NCBI GenBank assembly: GCA_963666485.2
Contig: CAXXUO010000001.1
Coordinates: 1,152,001-1,216,000 of the forward strand
Direction: 5' to 3'
DNA from: Syntrophorhabdaceae bacterium
GTDB lineage: Bacteria; Desulfobacterota; Syntrophorhabdia; Syntrophorhabdales; Syntrophorhabdaceae
Length of the DNA stretch: 64,000 nt
Below are positions 58,708 through 64,000 of this stretch, in pieces; position 1 is the first letter of the stretch; the number at the start of each line of letters is the position of its first letter. The notes under the pieces are model-generated. The model had not been told where the DNA came from, did no database searches, and worked only from the letters and a program-made list of their open reading frames with translations. The translations under genes were made by a program, and so were the position numbers.

Positions 58708-58950
58708 ATGACAACGGATGAACAAAAGATGGTTTCCCGTTACGTTGACCAGGCATTCAGGGGAAGGACGATACGCCAGGAATATCCTGTATGCGAATGC
58801 GGGAAGATATTCAATGAAAAGGACCTTTGCGACGCGCCGGGCGTGTTTTTCAAAAGCGTCGATGTTTTCGGTAAGACCTTCACGCTTATAGAACCCGTCT
58901 GCCCGATATGCAAGCGAAAGATCCCCGCCAGTTTTAATATATTGAATTAA
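58708..58950 (+). CDS. Small zinc-binding hypothetical protein
   Basis: CECG and CPIC; RBS AAGGAG. Confidence 0.7.
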   Translation: MTTDEQKMVSRYVDQAFRGRTIRQEYPVCECGKIFNEKDLCDAPGVFFKSVDVFGKTFTLIEPVCPICKRKIPASFNILN

Positions 58951-61778
58951 TTCCTTTTCAGGACTTCCTGGACCTTTGCCGACAGTTCATTTATTGAAAA
59001 TGGTTTCTGGAGAAAGGCGTTGCACCCTTTCTCCATTATCTGCGCCGCCTGCCCATCGATGCTGTAGCCGCTCGACAGGATCACCTTTATATCGGGCCTG
59101 ATCCTCTTCAAGAGCTCGTAAGTTTCACCACCGCTCATTCCCGGCATGATCATGTCAAGGATAACGAGGTCGATCGAATCCTTCAACCCGCTGAACAGTT
59201 CGATCGCCTTGATGCCGCTCTCCGCGATATGGACCGCATATCCGAGCGCCTTGAGCATCTCGCATGCTGTTTGAGCGACGGCAGGCTGGTCTTCTACAAT
59301 GAGAATGGTCCCACTGCCGGGTTCAGCATGGGGCAGCTGCGGTTCATCTCCCAAAGGCGTATTTTGGGATGCCGGCAGAAAGATATCGAACCGGGAACCC
59401 TTGCCCGGTGTGCTTTCCACCGTTATAGCACCCTGGTGGTTCTTGATGATGCCGTACACGGATGCAAGGCCGAGGCCCGATCCCATCCCGGATTCCTTGG
59501 TTGTGAAGAATGGGTCGAATATGCGCGTTAAGGTCTTTTCGTCCATCCCGATGCCTGTGTCGATCACCGAGATGGCAATGTATGTTCCTTCGCGGGGGAC
59601 GATGCCGGCATCATCGAATCTTTTCAGTGCGGTCTCGATGAAAAGATTCCCGCCCGCCGGCATGGCCTGCCACGCGTTGACGAACAGGTTGAGGAACACC
59701 TGCTCGATCTGGCTGCGGTCAACATCGACGATGCCGAGGTCCTTTCCGAGTTTTTTATGTACGGCTATTTCCTTTCGCGTGCGGCCGAACATGTCGATGC
59801 TCGCATTGACGATCTCATTGATATCGGCCGGTTTCACCTCGTATTTGCCGCCCCGCGCGAATCCGAGGAGCTGCCGTGTCAGGCCGGCGCCGCTCTTGAT
59901 CTGCTCCTCGATGCTTTTCAATTTTTCATAATCAGGGTCGGAGGGGTCGGTCGAAAAGAGCATGACGGACGTATAGCCCATGATCCCCATGAGGAGATTG
60001 TTGAAATCATGGGCTATCCCCCCGGCAAGGGTCCCGACGGCCTCCATCTTCTGCGCCTGGAAGAGACGCCTCTCCAGCATCTTCTTTTCCGTTATGTTGT
60101 TGCCGATGCTGAGGACCTCATGTTCCCCCGCCTCGTTCCAGATCGCCCTATTGGTCCAGGAGACCCAGATCCTTCCCCCGTTCTTCTTCATGTTCTCATT
60201 TTCGTTGTTCTTGAACCGGTCCGGATCGGCCTCGATCTCCTTGAGGAGAAGGCTGAGATCGCGCGATGTCGTGGACTCGGTCTCGGGCACGATGGTGCCG
60301 ACCACGTTCCTCCCCAGGATCTCCTCCTCGGTATAGCCGAAAAGGTGAAGTCCGAACGGGTTCATGAAGAGGATCTTTCCGGTGTTGTCAAAGCGCAGGA
60401 TGATGCTCTCGGCGTTGTCGACCAGGTCCCGGTATCGCTGCTCGCTTCTCTTGAGGGCCGCCTCATATTGCATCCTCTCCGTTATGTCGATCGTGAAACC
60501 GCCGAGCACCGGGGGCTTATCGGGCCGGTACAGGGGGAACTTGCACGTGATATACGTGCGGCCCCCGAGTTCTTCTTCGAGGGTTTTTACAGACCCCGCC
60601 TTGAGCACGTCCTCGTCGTCGGCGCGTATCTTCCGTGCAAGATCGGGAGGGAACAGTTCCTCCGATGTCCTGCCCAGTATCTCGTCGAGGGGCCTCCCGA
60701 GCATTTTCTCGAAACTCCTGCTTACGGCGATCGCACGGTTGTTCTCATCTTTGAGGAAAACGAAGATCGGGCAATGCTCGAGAAACAATGCAAAGCGCTC
60801 CTCGCTTTCCTTGAGGGCATCCGCCCGCTCCTGGCTTATCCGGATCTCTTTCTCGAGCTCTGCCGTTTTGCGACGGACAGCACGCCTCAATGCCCGGTTC
60901 CAGGTCATGAGGAAAAGTATCAGTGCCGCAATAAAGGCAACCGCCAGTGCAACCCACCGCAGATATTTGACGGGGAATTCTTTTGAACCATACCACCGCT
61001 CTTCTATCTCGTGATATTCCACCGGCGATATAGCTGCAAAGCCGTCTTCTACCGTTTTGAGGAGGGCCGTGTTCCCCTTTTGTACCGCCCTGTGGAACGA
61101 TCCCGTGTACAGGGGTTTTGAATGATTGAATTCACGGTGTATGCCTTTCTTATAAAGAAAGTAAAGGGCAGGGGGCTTGTCGACAACGAAAATGAGCGCC
61201 CTGTGCTCTTTAGCCGCGTCGATGATCGCCTCATAACTGTTATATTCGATAAGCGTGTCGATCCCGTGCCGCTTGAGATAATCTATGGCATTGTCTCCCT
61301 TCTTGACGGCAACGGCGAAACCGGCCAGCGACGCGACGTCCCTGATGCCTGAAATATTCTCGTGGAAAAAGATCGGGACATCGATGTTCTGGTAGGGTTG
61401 GGAGAAATCATAGATCATGGCCCGTTTTTCATTATGGAATAACGTGTCGATCACGTCGTATTGGCCGGCCTCCATCTTCTGCTGGGCCGATCCCCAGTCC
61501 ATGCCGGTGACCTCAGCCCTGATGCCGGTCTTTTTCTCCCACAGGGCCCATTGGTCGATCAGTATCCCCTGTAATTTTCCCGTAGAGTCGAGGAATGTGA
61601 ACGGCGGGTAATTATTGTCCATGACGATGCGTATCGACTTTGGCGATGATACGGCGGAAAAAGGTGAAAGGAAGAATATCAGGAGGAAAAGGCAGAAGAT
61701 GGGCCCGCTCCGGACGCTCCTTTCCCTGAATGTCACCCCCGGCAAGGACCTTGTCTCCACTACCGGATTATCGCACAT
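58947..61778 (-). CDS. Hybrid sensor histidine kinase (periplasmic amino-acid-binding domain, 2 PAS, HisKA, HATPase, REC)
   Basis: NYPPF, LAGGIAHDFNN, DTGIGM, FDPFFTTK, GSGLGL, LDMIMPGMSG; start approximate. Confidence 0.93.
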   Translation of the reverse strand: MCDNPVVETRSLPGVTFRERSVRSGPIFCLFLLIFFLSPFSAVSSPKSIRIVMDNNYPPFTFLDSTGKLQGILIDQWALWEKKTGIRAEVTGMDWGSAQQKMEAGQYDVIDTLFHNEKRAMIYDFSQPYQNIDVPIFFHENISGIRDVASLAGFAVAVKKGDNAIDYLKRHGIDTLIEYNSYEAIIDAAKEHRALIFVVDKPPALYFLYKKGIHREFNHSKPLYTGSFHRAVQKGNTALLKTVEDGFAAISPVEYHEIEERWYGSKEFPVKYLRWVALAVAFIAALILFLMTWNRALRRAVRRKTAELEKEIRISQERADALKESEERFALFLEHCPIFVFLKDENNRAIAVSRSFEKMLGRPLDEILGRTSEELFPPDLARKIRADDEDVLKAGSVKTLEEELGGRTYITCKFPLYRPDKPPVLGGFTIDITERMQYEAALKRSEQRYRDLVDNAESIILRFDNTGKILFMNPFGLHLFGYTEEEILGRNVVGTIVPETESTTSRDLSLLLKEIEADPDRFKNNENENMKKNGGRIWVSWTNRAIWNEAGEHEVLSIGNNITEKKMLERRLFQAQKMEAVGTLAGGIAHDFNNLLMGIMGYTSVMLFSTDPSDPDYEKLKSIEEQIKSGAGLTRQLLGFARGGKYEVKPADINEIVNASIDMFGRTRKEIAVHKKLGKDLGIVDVDRSQIEQVFLNLFVNAWQAMPAGGNLFIETALKRFDDAGIVPREGTYIAISVIDTGIGMDEKTLTRIFDPFFTTKESGMGSGLGLASVYGIIKNHQGAITVESTPGKGSRFDIFLPASQNTPLGDEPQLPHAEPGSGTILIVEDQPAVAQTACEMLKALGYAVHIAESGIKAIELFSGLKDSIDLVILDMIMPGMSGGETYELLKRIRPDIKVILSSGYSIDGQAAQIMEKGCNAFLQKPFSINELSAKVQEVLKRN

Positions 61779-61863
61779 GGAGAGCGTATTGTTAAATATT
61801 TCCTTGCCCGGGGTATCGCGGTCACGATAGCATAGTTCCCTGAGCACATAATACGGAGGAGAA

Positions 61864-62439
61864 ATGATAGAACGCATCGACCATGTTTCACTGGCGGTAA
61901 AAGATATTGAAAAGGCAAAACAATTTTTTTGCGGCGTCCTCGGCTTTATCCCCTGCTCATGGTCTGTCCTCGAAGATATGAAGTACCTTGGCCAGGTCTT
62001 TTCCGCAGGCGACCTGACACGGATCGAGATGATAACGCCGACCGCGGCCGGAAGCTTCCTCGATAAGTTTCTTGCCGACCGCGAAGGCGTGCATCACATA
62101 TGCCTGCAGACCCTTGATATCGTGAAGGCGAAGGAATACCTCGATGAAAAGGGGATACCCACGTTCGGTTACAGCGATAATTATGAGGACTGGAAAGAGC
62201 TCTTCATCCATCCCCGGGACGCGTTCGGCGTCCTTATCCAGATAGCGCAGTTCAGCCCCGAAGAATTCCTCGTCGAGCCCCTGAGGTTCCCGGCGGGAGT
62301 CAAATGGGAACTGGTCTCATCATCTGATGGTGTTACGTTGACGACCGCCCATCCCGGCGGCGGGAAATCAAAGCTAGAGTTAACGAAAGCTGAGGCAAAG
62401 AAGCTGGCGGAAGAGATAATGGAAAAAATCGGGCGATAG
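61864..62439 (+). CDS. VOC family protein (methylmalonyl-CoA epimerase-like)
   Basis: IDHVSLAV, EGVHHICL, FIHPRDAFGVLIQ. Confidence 0.85.
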   Translation: MIERIDHVSLAVKDIEKAKQFFCGVLGFIPCSWSVLEDMKYLGQVFSAGDLTRIEMITPTAAGSFLDKFLADREGVHHICLQTLDIVKAKEYLDEKGIPTFGYSDNYEDWKELFIHPRDAFGVLIQIAQFSPEEFLVEPLRFPAGVKWELVSSSDGVTLTTAHPGGGKSKLELTKAEAKKLAEEIMEKIGR

Positions 62440-62527
62440 GCTATGGGCAATAGGCAATGGGAAACCGCGATGAGACAGTCGTCCTTCTGTCTTTAACCTA
62501 TAGCCTATCGCCCATTGCCTATCGCCC
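62432..62527. repeat. Inverted heptamer arrays (GGCNATR)4 overlapping both convergent stops
   Basis: ggcgata ggctatg ggcaata ggcaatg ... cctatagcctatcgcccattgcctatcgccc. Confidence 0.9.
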
Positions 62528-62773
62528 GCCATCTTTCAGGAAATATTTATGATACTCCGGTTCGGTGAGATGCACCTTCAGCATCCTGCTTATCAACTCG
62601 AAGAGCTCCGCGAGCTCGCCGTCGGACATGCGCTTCAATAAGACTTTCATGAGATCGTCGTCCGAGAATTTCTGGAGATAGACCTCGATCGTGTCCTCGT
62701 CCGTCTGCCGGTCCATGCCGTAACCGAGGAATCCATCATACGTTTCCACAAATGTGTGCGCGTGTTTTGCCAT
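62519..62773 (-). CDS. Small hypothetical protein downstream of the hydrogenase
   Basis: RBS AAGGGG; YLQKFSDD..HLTEPEYH. Confidence 0.75.
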   Translation of the reverse strand: MAKHAHTFVETYDGFLGYGMDRQTDEDTIEVYLQKFSDDDLMKVLLKRMSDGELAELFELISRMLKVHLTEPEYHKYFLKDGGR

Positions 62774-62782
62774 ACGTTCCCC

Positions 62783-64000
62783 TTATGTGCCCTCTATTAT
62801 TTTCAGGGCGGGCAGGAGGTGGGTTTCCACGAATGTGACCGGGTCATCGGGGTCGACCTGGTTGATGACGCTCGTCCCCACGACGACGTTGGGCCCGCCG
62901 GCGCACTGGTCAGTGCAGAACCGCGCCTTTATCCTGAACCTTTCGAGGAGTCCGCGTTTCTTGAGCTCGGCGGAAAGCCCCTCGAGGAGGTGGAAGGAGC
63001 CCTTGAGGTAGCAGCTTGTCCCGAGACAGACGCCGACATCAATGGGCGCATTGTCGCGAAGCAATTCTTCGACGGACTCCTGAATGCGCATCGAACGGCG
63101 GCGGTATGTGGTATGGAGGTTATGGTGGGACAGGGTCCCGTCGGGCTTCCCGAGCCAATTGGTGTAGATTGCCTGGATGGTCGGGTTATCCTGGCTTTTC
63201 TTGATGGGTGCGATCTCGTCAAGCCGGTAGAGGACCTCGAGCCTGTCCTCCGGGTCGCTCGTGAGTTTGGGTGCCGGGTTTCCCGAGCCGTTGATGCACC
63301 CTCCCGGGCACGCCATGACCTCGATGAGGTCATACGGGGCGTCCCCGGCACGCATCCGGTCTATCAGGTCCTGGGCATTCTGGAGTCCGCTCACGACCGC
63401 GAGGCGCACCTTTGTCTCGCCCAGGCTGATCGTGGTTTCCTTGACGCCGTTCAGTCCGCGGACCTGTTCATACGTGAAGCCCTCCATCCTCTTGCCCATG
63501 ACGCGCTCGGCGGCCAGTCTCAAGGCCGCCTCGGCCACGCCGCCCGATGCTCCGAAAATGATGCCGGCGCCGCTCACCTTGCCGAAAAAAGCATCGACGG
63601 GGACGGGGTTGAAAAGCCGGGGGTCCATTCCCCGCTCTTCGAACATTCTTATCACTTCCGTCGTTGTCAGGACCGCGTCGACGTCTGCAATGCCCTCCCG
63701 GTTGAACTCGGGACGGCGCGCTTCATATTTTTTGGCATTACAGGGCATGATGGAAACGAAGAAAAGTCTCTCGGGAGGTACCTTCATCTGCCGCGCGAAA
63801 TAGTGTTTCATGACAGAACCGAACATCTGCTGGGGAGACCGGCACGAAGACAGGTGAGGAAGGATGTCGGGCGCCATTTTCTCACAATAATTGACCCATG
63901 CGGGGCAGCACGACGTGATCTGGGGAAGAACGCCCTGTTCCGCGATGCGGGTTAAGAATTCCGTACCTTCTTCCATGATGGTAAGGTCGGCCGCCCAGCA
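62783..64000 (-). CDS. hydA: [FeFe]-hydrogenase catalytic subunit with C-terminal thioredoxin-like [2Fe-2S] domain (5' truncated)
   Basis: H-cluster motifs TSCCPAW, MPCNAKKYE, EVMACPGGCING; CLGTSC..CTDQC. Confidence 0.93.
   Translation of the reverse strand, partial: CWAADLTIMEEGTEFLTRIAEQGVLPQITSCCPAWVNYCEKMAPDILPHLSSCRSPQQMFGSVMKHYFARQMKVPPERLFFVSIMPCNAKKYEARRPEFNREGIADVDAVLTTTEVIRMFEERGMDPRLFNPVPVDAFFGKVSGAGIIFGASGGVAEAALRLAAERVMGKRMEGFTYEQVRGLNGVKETTISLGETKVRLAVVSGLQNAQDLIDRMRAGDAPYDLIEVMACPGGCINGSGNPAPKLTSDPEDRLEVLYRLDEIAPIKKSQDNPTIQAIYTNWLGKPDGTLSHHNLHTTYRRRSMRIQESVEELLRDNAPIDVGVCLGTSCYLKGSFHLLEGLSAELKKRGLLERFRIKARFCTDQCAGGPNVVVGTSVINQVDPDDPVTFVETHLLPALKIIEGT

Overview
Gene-dense, GC-rich chromosomal segment of an anaerobic Deltaproteobacterium. 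The gene content (HgdA/B-like dehydratase pair, Rex, [FeFe]-hydrogenase) suggests a Syntrophorhabdus-like syntroph; this taxonomy is inference. Most of the window is housekeeping (lysS-lolCE-lolD, ugd, maf-yggS-argH-lysA-dapF-dapA-dapB, rex, bioD, mobB-recO, glk, purF-like) mixed with signalling genes. I found no rRNA, tRNA, CRISPR array or transposase. Highlights: (1) an unannotated, probably leaderless Phe-rich leader peptide with an antiterminator and a double terminator, upstream of two tandem aminotransferases; (2) a translationally coupled operon joining succinate dehydrogenase/fumarate reductase to a Rieske protein and cytochrome b, with no cytochrome c; (3) a PilB/GspE ATPase fused to an intact cNMP-binding domain; (4) truncated or degenerate paralogues (NusA without its N-terminal domain, a sigma factor with region 2 but no region 4, a Type IIG-like restriction-modification protein with substituted catalytic motifs); (5) inverted heptamer arrays at gene 3' ends, REP-like palindromes and a MITE-like element. 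The frameshifts in lysA and dapF look like homopolymer consensus errors. All family calls come from motif recognition by eye, not from database searches.
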